A stretch of DNA of 51,733 bases, the filler included, from Sphacelaria rigidula (Eukaryota), in assembly GCA_964200075.2 (NCBI GenBank). It is 4 parts of 4 records of this genome, joined end to end, with 100 filler letters (N's around TTAATTAATTAA, not from the genome) between each part and the next. Parts side by side here need not be neighbours in the genome. Positions count along the whole stretch, not along the records: positions 38,878 to 51,733 come from CAXNAA020003355.1; 3 more parts are not named here. One strand, 5' to 3'. Numbering within the stretch: position 1 is the stretch's first letter; every line of letters begins with the position of its first letter. The notes beneath the pieces are model-generated. The model was not told where the DNA came from and did not search any database. It was given only the letters and a program-made list of their open reading frames with translations. A program made the position numbers and the translations under genes. Positions 38,878 to 51,733 of the stretch are shown piece by piece.

Positions 38878-40856
38878 GGGGAGTCCCCCCCCCCCCAGAC
38901 CGCCCACGGAAAAAAAAAAAGGGGCCCCCCCCCCCCCCCCCCCCACACACACGTCCAAGCAGGTACTAGCGTTTTCAGCATTTGTTTCGTCGTGGGGCGT
39001 GGGTTGAGTTTTTTTTTGGGCAAGGGCACACCTAATTTAAATTGATATCCTGAAGGAAAAAATACAAACGCGCGCGTATTCGTGGTAGTCCTCGCGTCCC
39101 GAGCGTGTCCGTGTCGGGGGAGATCGTTTTTTTTCATTTGGTATTTGCGTGTTGGCGCCGCCGATGGCGTGCTTGGCACGTGTTCTACACGTAACAGAAG
39201 GGAGGGCGATTGATCCGCAAGGAGGGTCCGTCATTGCCTTTGGTGGGCAGGGACCGCTCTGTCATCACGCCACGTATCCGGAGACGGTGTCGCTCCTAGT
39301 ATAGACAGAAATAGTCACTCACATATCGATACGCGAGCTGTTCCTCCACCACGCATCACACAAGGGCTTCTAGCTGTTACACTAAACTGATGTAGGATTA
39401 CTATACAACCGACTGTGCCAGTACTGCATGAGTTGGCGTTCGTCAGCTCAGACGATGAAACATTGTTGCGCGAGCCACCATTTATTTCGCCGATGCTCAT
39501 CTTATGACGAGAAGGGCATCTTGTGCTGCAAGTTGCGTACCGGTACAAGTTACGGAGTGCATCATGTGTGACGTTGCTGACGTACGACTATGTAAACCCT
39601 TGTTTATCAGTTTATACAAGGTCAGCGAAAAAAAGTCAAACCACGAGGTTGATATCGTTTTGAATATATTTCACGTACACCTTCGGGCCAAAATTACTTG
39701 GTGACGTGTGCGTGTGAAGTTGTTTTTGACTGGGATAACTTGATGTGAATCCCCGCATTCATGTACGAAGTAGTATATTACCGACACGAATCTCCAATAA
39801 ACACCCTAAACTGAAGAACGAGTTTCAGTTTTCCAACCTTTCCAAACCTTCCGAGGGGGCCAAATTCGCCAAGGCCCGTATTCCGCCGATAATCCGTGAT
39901 GAAATGGTTCAAAAGGGCAAGTCTCAAAGAGACTTTTCTTCAGTCCATAAGAAGCGGCCTAGATAATTTCTGTCGCGGTACCGATTGTATCCTCACAGCA
40001 AGATGCGCCAACCCTGGCCGAGCAGTAGGCACCGCGTGAGTGCTGCCTGTACCGCACCGACCAACACGAGCCATCCAGAACAAGAGCACGACGGCCAACG
40101 TAAGGGATCCAGCAGATTGATGCCGATATTCTTAAAGAGTTTCGGAAAACAAAATTAGGCCGGAAAAAATCAGGAATAAGTATCGTTTGATTGAATTTAG
40201 TAAGGAGACGCAAATTATCCCTGAGTTTTTGGCTCAAAAGAAATGTTTTCCGAAACTCTCTTTGGTTTTGTTATCGGGGTTGTGCCGTCCGAGCATGAAA
40301 CAACGCACATCGACGACGATAGCACCGTTTTATGTCACGCCCAGTATCCAAACCCGTGCAGAATACAGGAGGTGCAAGCTAAAGCGCAAATTGAGACTGC
40401 AACGCCAATTCCGGCCACCGCAACCATACCGCAGGCGCGACGACGCTCACAGCAAACGTTGGGTACGTGGCGAACTTTGGGTACACCAACCCGTATACAG
40501 AAAGACGAAGTACCACTTGTGAGGCCATTGTTGTCCTGGATACCATCTCTCCGCAGCACGGTCCTGTACCGCGGCTGCGGGGTTGCAGAAGGCCAGTAAA
40601 CACAAGTGTGACGGAGTCTATGCTGAAATCAAGTTTACGTTATAAATGCGTTACTTGATGTAGAGGCACGGGTAATAATTCAAATTAAATTACTTGAATT
40701 CGTTACACTTCGTATAATTCGATCCGTACCTGTGGAACCCACCGCTCGTCATTATCATGAACTCTCTTGGATTCCGTTTATTTTGCGCCCCAAATTGGTT
40801 GCAGTGAGAGCGCTTTCGGCCAACCATCCGGAATTACGAAATATATACAAATATTT

Positions 40857-43258
40857 CGAGGGTAGGTCGAGTAGAGTATGTACTTTTGAGTACTCGAGTA
40901 AAATACCCGAGTATCTATTCTCCTCAAATTTTGAGTAGGTCCAGTACGACCTCAAATACTCTACACACATATTGAGTAAGCACTCTCAGTAATACTTCAG
41001 CATAGAGTATCACTTGGGTATGACCTCAAAACTCTACTCAAATTTTGAGTAGATTGAGGACGACCTCTAATACTCTACTCAAATATTGAGTAAGCACTCT
41101 CAGTAGTACTTGAGTATAGAGTATCACTTGGGTATGATGAGCAACCGTGACCGTCGGCGACTTCGTGACGTTACTTCACAGACTATGTTTAATACATGGG
41201 CGAACGGTGGCCGTCAGTTAGACCAACTTTGGTGGCAGTCACGAATCTCGATTTTTTCGAGCATCCGGAGGGAAAAAAACAAGGAACGCGTTCTATGGAC
41301 ACGAGTCTGGACTGAATCGGGGGCGAAAAAATCGGGCAGTCACGATCTCACAACGGTTTCCCCCGATTTTTTGAGGCGACGTACGTGCATTGACGTACAA
41401 TGCTATAGTACCAGGCGTTTGATATTTTTGCAACGGTAGCAGAAGACATTATCGTGACAGCGCAGGGCGTGCCTACTGCCCGCGCCAGCTGCCGAAGCAA
41501 CTTCGCACGGGGTTTGACAAGCGGATAATAAGCGCTGACACCGTACCCTGCGGCGATAGTAATATTTTTTGCTGCGCTGTGCTGCCATATGTATCATGTA
41601 GCAAGTGCTACTGTACTTTCCTAGCTGTTGTCGCTGTACTTGAGGGGTGATGTACGGCACTGCACTACTGAACTCTGCTCGCGCACTGTTTGTTCTCTGT
41701 TCTCGCAATACCGGCTGTGCCATCATGTCCCACCACATGGCATTACCATGTTTTGTACTGATGGAGTGTCCTGCACTGTATTACCTTAGGGTACCAAAGT
41801 ACGATACTGTACTCGAAGGATTGTTCAACGCCTACCTGCTCTTCGGCTTCATGCACGAGTACGCAGTACCACACTCATGCAGAAAATAACTGTCTGTGTA
41901 CAAAACGTTTCACAAATCTGTGATACTGTGACTGTACTGTCTTTACCACAAAACGATCCCCCCGATTTTGAGATCGCGAATGGAGGTTTGAACAAAATCG
42001 AGATACGCTTCCATAAAAGTTGGTCCAAGATGAGTGGTGGTACGTCACGGGCTACAATTGAGTATACCGTAACCGTTGACGACTTCGTGACGTCACTTCA
42101 CAGACTAAGTTGAATATATGGGCGAACGATGGCCATCAATCAGATGAGTGGCGGTACGCCACGGGCTATAATGAGTATGAGCCAATGATGGCCGTAAAAA
42201 AACGAAGAAAGCGTGCAGGTGAATGATCTATCTGCCCCAGCTCACCTGCCCCCCACCCACGGTAGTACATACTTGACACTTCTCATCCCCCTCGATATCA
42301 CTCTCATTACAGAGCGCTACTCATCATCATTGTGTAATCGAGTACAATGTTTCCGTGAGATTGAGAGAAGAGGATACGATTGAGGGTGAAAAACAGTCAA
42401 TTAGTGAATGAACCGTTTCAGTTCCGAAATACTCCTTCACGAGGCCCGATATGCGTTCTGTAGTAGCTTGCCACTGAGGCCCTTGCTATCCCTGAGTAGG
42501 ACATCGACGTGAAGCTGTAAGCACACGGCAGTAATGGAGACAAAGAAAAGTACGCACGGAATGAAAAAATGGCCATGTCAAAGGGAATGATCGAAGCCAC
42601 TCTCAATCCGCGCCGTATTCTCAAATCTCACGAAAACGTCGTTTAGACTGGTTTTCGGGTCGGGATTATCAAAATGAGCGACGCTACTGGCCGCACATGT
42701 GACTCCTTCATGGGAGAGTCAGCGATGGTACATCGGGTTCTGCCTCATAAACTCTACCCAACTTCCGGGTAGACTGGGTATAACCACAAATACTCTACTC
42801 AAACTTTGGGTAGATTGGGTATTACCTCAAATGCTCCACCCAAATTTACAGTAGGTCGACTGCGGCCTCAAATACTCCACTCAAATTTTGAGTAGGTCGA
42901 GTACGGCCTCAAGTACTCCACTCAAATTTTGAGTATGCACTCTCAGTAATACTTTAGTACAGAGTATCATCTGGGTATGACCTTAACCCTTAGACCGCGA
43001 AGCGGGTAGTCCATCTGGATCACGCATTCTTTTTTCAAGTGAAAATTGATGCCGATTCAGCAGGTCACCCCCCGTCGCGGTCTAAGGGTTAATACTCTAC
43101 TCAAATTTTGAGTAGGTTGAGTACGGCCTCAAGGACTCTGATTAAATGTTCGAGTAGGTGAAGTATGGCCTCAAATACTCTACTCGAAATTTGAGTACTA
43201 AAAGTATGACTCTTCGAAGATACCGAGTATTGAGTATACTCTACTCGACCTGCCCTTG
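40857..43258. mobile_element. Long non-autonomous hAT-like element of the same family, with nested inserts
   Basis: TIR CGAGGGTAGGTCGAGTAGAGTAT / ATACTCTACTCGACCTGCCCTTG, 8-bp TSD AAATATTT / AAGTATTT, and subterminal arrays of ACTCTACTCAAATTTTGAGTAG. Confidence 0.78.
42987..43088. mobile_element. piggyBac-like ~100-bp MITE
   Basis: TTAA|CCCTTAGACCGCGA ... TCGCGGTCTAAGGG|TTAA. Confidence 0.85.
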
Positions 43259-44105
43259 AAGTATTTCTCCCATATTTCCATGGGCTCATCTCTTCGAGAC
43301 AAGCACTTGAACTTTCTATTCGCAACAAACTCAGCTTCCGAACATTTCGTAATAGTTGGGACGAAACATGTTGCGATAAAGGTCCATGAAACTCATTTCA
43401 AAACTGAATGGCATCTCCCATTTTCGGCTGTTACCCGTTTTGGAACCCATTGACGATTTATGTGGTTGTGAATCGGCATTACTATTCGTCATTTTCAAGT
43501 CAAAATGATGCCGATTCACAACAAGAACCCTCAATGGATGGGTTCACCATAGTCCAATGACAACACTGAAGTGTTGCTCTTCAATGTTCAGTGTTGACAT
43601 TGAACCCTCCATTCAGTAATTTAACCCTGCTGGTCACGCCTGTACCTGGAGGATAACACTAGTACAGCCGTAGAGGACCGCTTGTCAGACGTCGCAGCGC
43701 TTCTCGTATTTTTTTCCGCGTTATTTTCTGGCCACTGGGACTGCAGTCTGAAAAGGTTCAAAGGGCGAGTTGGCTTCTGTAAGCCGTGTCTGCCGAAAGG
43801 TCAGCAGCAAACAGCTTCTAATGGAAGCAGGGGTCCGCTCGCCCATGCTGTTCCACAGGTGTTGCTCGTATGGGTATGTGTGTGTTTGTGTGTCAACGTT
43901 TGCTAGTTAGTTCTGCTTAATCGACTATCAGGGTTACGGCGGGAATTCTCTGCAACCCCCCAGCCTGCAATGAAAACACCGCCCAGCCACATCTGCATGC
44001 GCGCTGTCTGCAGCACGTACACAGACCTCACCGAAATATGAATATCCCACGCCTTTCAGCTGCACGGCGGCAGACGACCAATTGTGTGTACCGAACATAT
44101 GCAGG

Positions 44106-44332
44106 GAGTCATCCTACGATAGGGGGGGGGGTATTTGGTTGCACGAAAAAAAAGACTCATAAGTGTGTCAGACATCCTTTGGTTCGAAACGGTGTTAGTT
44201 AGTATGGATGAGCGTTATTGATATACAACAAGCTTGTTCGAACAATCGTTGCTGCTTTCAACGACGAGCTGACACGAAATTTCGAGCAAGAAATGGCCCA
44301 AAATATCCCCCCCCCCTATCGTAGGATGACTC
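44106..44332. mobile_element. MITE, same Sola-like family
   Basis: Same TIRs, with CAGG duplicated on both sides. Confidence 0.85.
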
Positions 44333-45097
44333 CAGGGTTAGGTGCATGTGCCGATGACTGTTGGCGAGATCACGCATACTGTACTCTTCCCCTACTACTG
44401 TTGCTGTGAACTCTTTCACGATATGCGAGGATTGACTTTGATCGATTTTGATTGATTGTCGCAATTCAACTACTTCGTATATGCGATGGTGAAACGGTAA
44501 TGCTGTTGACCCCGACCTTTGCGCAAATAACTGTGCTGCACTGTACTATGATGCGCGGCATGTGTGTATGTGGCGACGGTTTGTTGTAAGTAGGCATCGT
44601 CCCTCTCAACCCCCGGGCTACGATAGAAGGAGACGAAAAAAAGCCAACCGGCCGTCGCGCACTATAACGGTTGTTGAGGGTGATTGCGACGGGCCGTTAA
44701 AAAACGAGCGAGATCACTGTTTGTGCCACGACACCGTCCACGATGCCGATGCACAAGCTATGAAAAGGGTACAGTAGTTGCTCGGCGCCGTTCCGGAGCA
44801 TTGTTGGCGGGAAGTTACTGGGTTATGAAGGAGTCGGCGGACAAGAGACTTGACAGGAAGGCGTAACAGAAAACCACGGTGAGGTTACCCCTCCCGTAAC
44901 CCCACAGCACAGCACAGCGAGTCGTGCTCGACAGTAGATGCGCAGGGTAGTGAAAGGGCGCATTAGTAGTAATTTGTGCGGGGCAAGCGTAGCGAAGACC
45001 GATACGTGGCAAGACACCGTACCACAGGCAGGCGGGCGCACTTTGCGCGATTGAGATGGAAAAGCTAGTTCAATTCAGCACCTGGGTCCAGTGAGAT

Positions 45098-45398
45098 CAG
45101 TTCACCACTCGGTCGGACAAGATTTTTTTTCGGAAATATGTTACCTTGAACTAACGCTCACGCTAACCCCAACCCTAACTCTAACCCAAGGCACACCGAA
45201 AACCCTGGAGCGTGAGGAGTGCAGAATGTTCCCTGGGCAAAATGTGACGTTGGTAGGCCTCAAACCGGCGCCGATAGAGACGATAACGTGTTCTGCGCAC
45301 GCTAAGAGCACACGGGAGTGTCAGCCGCACTGAAGATCCGAATATCGGTCATCACACTTGAATCAAGTAACAAAAGTTTCATCCGACCAGGTGAACTC
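45098..45398. mobile_element. ~300-bp dispersed TIR element with CTAACC repeats; related copies at ~47606-47890 and ~9630-9815
   Basis: Imperfect TIR AGTTCACC..GGTCGGA / TCCGACCAGGTGAACT. The internal ACCCAAGGCA..., TTCCCT...CAAA, GGCGCCGAT and TCAGCC...TCCGA blocks are shared by three loci. Confidence 0.65.
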
Positions 45399-46740
45399 TC
45401 GGCCCAATTGACTCTCATGAGCTAGGGGAGGCGGGTCATCCGTTGAATCGGTGTCGCTTTTTCAAGTTGAAAAATGAACGGAAGATCCAGATGGCCTGCC
45501 CTGGCGGTCAAACGGTTCGATGAGTGTAAAAGCCACAGTGAAAACACTAGTACGGCACAGCACCGTCTGTGCAGCGCGGCGGACAACATTCTGTCTGAAG
45601 CGACAGAATTGGCGTGACTGATGATGCCACAGGATGAATCGTACCGACCGTTACCTGGGAATCGGGGATCGGGAAACGAGGGAGACACCTCTCATGCAGA
45701 TAAAGGGGCAAACCCGGCCAGCCCCCTCGCAACTGCTCTGTCCAGTGTGTGTGTTTGAGAGAGATAGAGAGACGGAGAGAGAGGGGGAGTAGTTGTGTCA
45801 TGTGCTTTTCTCGGTTATTGGGCACGGCGCACCGATGCAATACAGCACGTTTTGAGATGAGCATGAACGTGCGATGTCCCATTGCAAGCAATCGTTTTCT
45901 CATGTATGGTACACCGCTAGGTGCGCACTATTATTCCGTGATATATATGGCGCAACACTGACTTTTTTTTTCCAAATCATGGGATATACATTTGTAGAGC
46001 GCTTGCTTCACTTCCCCACAGTTTTTGTTCCCCGTCCCCTGGCCAGCATCCACGAGGATCATTCCCCACGACCAAAAGCTTGCTAGCCGTCTCGACGGGC
46101 CCCACCAACTGCAAGCCATGAATCACCCCCCCCACCCCTTTTTCCGCTCCAGATGGTCTAGAATGAGGAAAACCCCCGGGCAGAAACCGTATTCTTCCTA
46201 TTCCTCCACCGGTACACACAACTAAATAACGTCCTCACCGCCGGTCGTTCGCCTGTGTGTCAGCAGCTCATAAAGAAAGAGTCCTTATATCTCCGTTCTC
46301 CTGGGGTCGGCGGCTGGATCATGACTTTTAGTCTCCTGGTGCATCGGGAAACTTGAGGCGTGCTGCAATGAGGCTGCAATTGTTAATCACCTGTTATACC
46401 ACGTACTCCCTCAAACAACATAATGATATCATTGCCCGGAAGTACAAAACGTACTCCTCCACATACTCCTCCCACCTACCGGCTATACTTTACTGTCTGT
46501 ACTAAGAAGTCACTACACGCGTGTAGTCCCCCCCCCCCTATGGCGAGCCTGGTCCGGCGAAAACCTGCGTGCTCCGTCTGAGCTTTGTTGGGATGCGAGG
46601 TCAACGTTCTTATGACTACGGCATACAAGATCATGAGAATACTTTCAACAATGCCGTGCGGTGCGTTGCCAACCTCGTATGACCGTACTACTGTCATCGT
46701 CCATGGTATGAGGGGTGTCCACCCCTCAAAACACGGGTAT

Positions 46741-46790
<50 letters not shown>

Positions 46791-49011
46791 ACCCCCCCCC
46801 TCCCTCACNNNNNNNNNNCCCACCCCCACACGCCCCCCCTCATCCCCGCGCCCGTGGTTGGCGGGGTGCCCCCCCCCAAAAACACGGGTTCCCCCCCCCC
46901 CCCCCCCCCCCCCCCACCTCCCTCGACCTCGCCCATAATGAACTTTCCGCCAGCTTAAAGGGGAGTGATTCGCAGGCCGCAGTTTGTAGGGGGCCCTGGG
47001 CGGTCTGGTGCCCAACGCGGGACTCAAATCTCCATAATAATATACTAGTGTCAATCTGTGTGTGCTGCACAGTACAACCGTAATCCCGATTTCAATATGT
47101 AACTGGAACACCGGCACGGCGCCGGGGGTAGTCTGTTCACGAAGCCGAGACACGTAAAGAAGGGAGGGCGGTGCGGAGAGAACGTTCTTGACTTTCCTGG
47201 GGTTCTACATCTCCGGTCCCCCAAGACAACATGCACGAAGGTCATTTCTCGCTACCAACAGCTTGCTATTTGGCTGTCTGATCACCGAGAATACACTCAA
47301 TCCCTTCAGGTCTATCACACTGTTTGTGTTCCACACTACTGTAATATATCCACGAACCCAGACTCTACGACAACCCGAGAGCAACGAAATAGCACGCGCG
47401 GCAGGCAGGTCTGAGGACCTGTCCATGGATGACATTCGGCCACTGAGTTGTCCCACAGTACACAGTACACCTTTTTTGTTTGTGGCTCGAAGTCGGCTGT
47501 AGAGCAAGATTCGGATGAACAGGTTGCGTCCTGTAGGGTATATATACTCGGGGTGTGAGAGATTTTTGGTTGGCATGTCAGACCATATCGGAATGTGGAG
47601 GTGTGTATTCACCACTTGGTCGATGAAGAAATTTATCGGAAACATATTTTTCGAAAGAACGCTAACCCCAACTCTAACCCCAACCCAAGGCATCCCGAGG
47701 AACCTCGGGCAAGGGGTGTGTGAAGCATTCCCTAGGCAAAGTGTGGTGTCGGCAGAGACCTCAAATAGACGCCACAGGCGCCGATTTGAATGAAAACGCG
47801 TTCTGTGCACGCGAGGGGCAGTAGGGGCTTTCAGCCCCGCTAAGGATCCGAACATCGATGTTTACACTCGAATCAAGGAATAAAATTCAGGGGAGGTCAC
47901 GTGGTCAACACGACTGGGAATGTGTACCGAAGAGTCCGGTATGGCCCGGCAGGGTATCAAGCCCTGTTCCGAACAATCCGCCATGGTACGGAAGGGTATT
48001 TACCAATAAAATTTCCATTTTATACCCCTGTATGTATACCCTACCTCTGGCCGGGGTATCCTACACATCACAACCTGTCGAACTTGGGATCTCACGAGAT
48101 CACAAGTTGGACTGATTGAAAACGTCAGGCATACGCACATGCACATTTTGAGAGACCGCATGCGTTGCGCGTGTCTTGTGCGTTCATCTCGCGGACATGC
48201 GCAGGAAGACTAGACTTGAGTTCCGTATGCGCGTTTTTTCTTGAAATTAAACTCCGCGTATTGAAAAAAAAAAACTCTCATTTTTTAAGCCCCACTGAAA
48301 TAAGCTTTTTTAGCGCAAATTAGGCGTGCTTTACGGGCCTTATTCCCGTCCTTGTTGTGGTGTTGTGGTGGTATCCCCTTCACGAGGCGCACCCTCTGTC
48401 ACAAGGACAAGACGACGAGTTGGGCATTTGAAGTTTTGATGCTTATGTTTAATTCAAAAGTAAAGCTTTTCACCAGCCATCAGGTTTGAAGGCCACAACC
48501 TGCGCACCTACACCGTAACCCACGTACGAAAACAACAAATAAATGCCACTACGCTCATGATACATGATACAGCCGTAGGGCATATAACGTAGCCTCTGGA
48601 CACAAGACATTGCAGCCATTGGCCTCTCGCCCGGCAAGCAACAGGTTGCCAACTCTCCCCTTCATCATCTACCGTCAGCCGACATTGAACATCTTGTCGA
48701 ACTATCGGTACCGGTTGTACGCTGTACAAGTGTACTGGAGACTACAGTAGTCTCGGTCACATTTTTGGAAACAACATAGATAGTACTATGCTTGAAGGTG
48801 ATAAAGTGGAACATTTTTCTGATCAGACCCGCAACAAATTTGGAACACGCAACACGACCACGGAAGTCTAGAGTATTGAAGCCTGAACGCCGTCGGCCTG
48901 TCTGGTGACGAGCCACGCCACATCGAGCACTTGCGGGCAGCTGGCTGCAAGAGGCGCGAAAAAGAATATGGCAACTTCATGCGCGTTTTTTGCGCGTTTC
49001 AAGCAGGTTAA

Positions 49012-49217
49012 CCCTGAGGCCGCGAGATTAGTCTTTCTGGACTATGCATACTTTTTTTTCACTCGAAATTGATGCCGATTCAACAGAAGACTAATCTCGC
49101 GGTCTAAGGGTGTTAAAACCCGTAGACCGCGAGATTAGTCTTTCTGGATCATGCATACTTTCTTTTCACTTGAAATTGATCCCGATTCAACAGAAGACTA
49201 ACCTCGCGGGCTAAGGG
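49012..49217. mobile_element. Two adjacent copies of the piggyBac-like ~100-bp MITE (49012-49110, 49119-49217)
   Basis: Both have CCC..GACCGCGAGATTAGTCTT ... AAGACTAATCTCGCGG.CTAAGGG termini. TTAA precedes the first copy and lies between them. Confidence 0.8.
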
Positions 49218-51614
49218 TTCAGGTTTTTTCGAGTATATTCAGCTACTTACAAGCTTTGCGATGAAAATGCCTATTTGAGCTAAAAAATCCCAAATTCAAC
49301 TAAACTTTATGCGCGCATACAGACCTAAAGCCTTGCCACAGCCTGTAAACGTTTCAGCAGGGAAAAAAGTACCTCGTGTCCTGTTTCCGTGCACTATTGC
49401 GCTCTGAAGGTCTGAAAGTCTCGAGGACATGTACCGCAGGCACATCAGCATCATCATCCATGCCATACAGCGCCCCGTGAGGTTGGTGGGGTAGCGTACA
49501 CACGCTGGTGTATTCAATGGGATGTTTGGTTTACGACGATAGCCGAAGTAGCGTGACATAACGTGTCCTTGCTTTGTGAAAGGAGATGAGCTTAGATATC
49601 GGTTCATTTTTCGGACCCTCTCGCGCATACAAATTCGACAGCGGTCCATTTTTCGACCTCTCTCTCACAGATACAAATTCCCAGATTATGGTTAACTTTT
49701 TCATCGACTGATCGATTGATTGTCGCACATTTACTGACCACCTCGAGTAATGCAACCGTCGTCACACGATAGATTGATGACATCATCAAGTACCGTCTCC
49801 CGAGCGTACTACTGCACACACTGTATGAAGATAGTATGCGTCACCACCAGAAGAAGGAGGGAAGCATACAGAGCATCCGCAGACATGGCAACGCACTACC
49901 CGAGCGTATTACTTGAAAAATATATATAACCTTCCGCTCGCCCCCCCCCCCCCATCCCTCCCTCCCGCGCGCGCTCGAGGACCCCCAGTTACCGGTGAAT
50001 CTCGCGCGGTTCGTTGCGTGGTGCTCTCTCTCGTGGTCTGATCTTTGGCATGTGCAGCGCACATGCTTGATATCCACCAAAAAAAGAATCGGTGAAATGT
50101 GTGAATGTTCTCACAAGAGTATTTTTTTCTGGCACGCACGTACATGTATGTGCGTGCGTGCGTCCTTGCGTAGACCCTATCTTTTTGCACCCCCTATATT
50201 CCTCCGGTTCAACCATCAATCCGCCGTTTCTTTCGAGGGATGTCCATCGCAGAAGTAGTTTTCTTCTTTTTCGCTTGTATTGGTCCGTGAATCTCGAAGA
50301 CACGGTCAACCATGGATACGGGTCATGCAATGGACTACGTAGCTGATATACGTCAATTTTTGTCCCTTTTTGTCCCGACACTTAACTTGCGTGCTTACGT
50401 ACTTGCCTGCATCCACCCGTACAGTTCAGACGGTACAGTGCAGTGCAGTACAGCACAGTGAGTGGAAATTAAAAACGTGGTGTATAAAAACGGTACGGGG
50501 CATAAGATCTTGCTCACCTCGCACAGATGGGGGTACATGTAACTCAAAGTGAACCAAGATGTTATCGCGCAAAGCGCGATCCTGGCCGAGCGTTCATAAG
50601 ACGGCACTCGGGAAAAGAATTGAGGACTTGTCTGAAATCAGGAGAAGACTATCACATGGGACATGTCCCGTTACACTGTGCTGCAGCACAAACACACTCA
50701 TGCTCTCTCTGTCGAGTGCTGTAGTTGCCACTGCGCATGGTGTGTCCAGACCTTTGCGAAGGGAGTTGGTCTCCGCTGGGACTGCATCAGTTGCTTTATT
50801 GTCGTTGCGTTCGTCTCTGTAGACACAATGTTAGTCAGCACACAGGGCTGTCTACACACCGTTGACACCTTCATGGTGTGTTGACTGTTTCTTCTTCGGT
50901 AGACGAACGAGGCGCTTCGCATACCCGTCATTTCTATGCTGTGCTGTACTTCTCGCTGTGCTATTCTGCATTTGAACACTCTGCGACGAACACGGTGTGA
51001 TGAGCGCTACAGAGTGCCTGAACAGTTGTACTGCTGCATGCCGCGTTTCGGTCTGCACATGTATGGGGTGGGATCGAAGTACTGTCTATGCAAAGGTTGA
51101 AACAAGCACGTGACGGCTGTGCAGCTGTCTGTTGCGTCTTCTTCAGTACCTCGGTTGTAGTCGGGTGCTGTGATCGGGGAAGACACGGAAGGCGGATGCG
51201 TGCAGGTTGGGACAAACAAACTTAGCCAGCACGGAGTTGCTGTATCCTCAGTGATTGACGGTAGCAGATAGACCACAGCGGCGCAATGTGTGAGCCAATC
51301 AAGGCTATTTTGCCACCCATACGCCACTCGTTTCTCTCATCTGATCGGTGAAAGGTCGCCGCATTTCCGTGTATTGAGAGGCTCTGGTTGATGGAAAACC
51401 CTTGCCATTCATATATCTTGCCCCTATCTGGGGCCCCTGTGCCTAAGATCCGGACTGTCCGTTCGGTGTGATATCGCCAACAATCCCGTGAAGCCGAGCC
51501 ATGGACCCTCGAAATGCACGATCCGTCAAGTACCCGACACTTGACCACGGACTCCGTTACTTCATTACACGCTGAATGGGTGTTTGTGTTTTTGCACATG
51601 TGAGACGAGTCTTG

Positions 51615-51733
51615 GAGTCATCCTACGATAGGGGGTGTACTCATGATCATGCCTGCCAGGGGGGGGTAGTTTGGGCCATTCGTTGCTCGAAATCTCGAGT
51701 TAGATCGTCGTTGAAAGCAGCAACGGTTGCTCG
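51615..51733. mobile_element. MITE, same Sola-like family, running off the window edge
   Basis: Starts GAGTCATCCTACGATAGGGGG and contains TTGAAAGCAGCAACGGTTG, shared with the 12212 copy. Confidence 0.75.

Noticed and set aside
39950..40660. Overlapping 110-120-aa ORFs
   Set aside because: No recognisable motifs or consistent splice structure.
46585..47083. Poly-proline / poly-glycine ORFs and an apparent local duplication
   Set aside because: They arise from poly-C runs beside a 10-N gap. The segment after the gap looks like a low-quality re-read of 46700-46760. Similar C-runs flank the gaps at 12864 and 38877.

Overview
Eukaryotic, intron-rich and transposon-dense genomic DNA, probably from a brown alga or related stramenopile (inferred from long GT-AG introns, the style of the proteins and the TE repertoire). 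The window is scaffolded: three 100-nt N gaps contain an artificial TTAATTAATTAA linker, and there is one 10-N gap. Two host genes are supported. The first is five in-phase internal exons of AP-3 adaptor complex subunit delta on the minus strand (1508-11807). The second is two to three exons of a divergent queuosine-salvage (DUF2419/QNG1-like) gene on the plus strand (about 26.9-28.3 kb). The rest is mostly nested mobile DNA. It includes a decayed Ty3/gypsy element with its 3' LTR (about 13.0-21.2 kb), a related solo LTR, a second chromovirus fragment with an LTR, an APE-type LINE lacking its RT core, and MITE families with Sola-like (4-bp TSD), piggyBac-like (TTAA) and hAT-like (8-bp TSD) signatures. 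There is also a ~63-bp minisatellite. I found no convincing new biological system. The best leads are the motif-altered QNG1-like gene and the chromodomain plus Tudor-like tail on the gypsy integrase.
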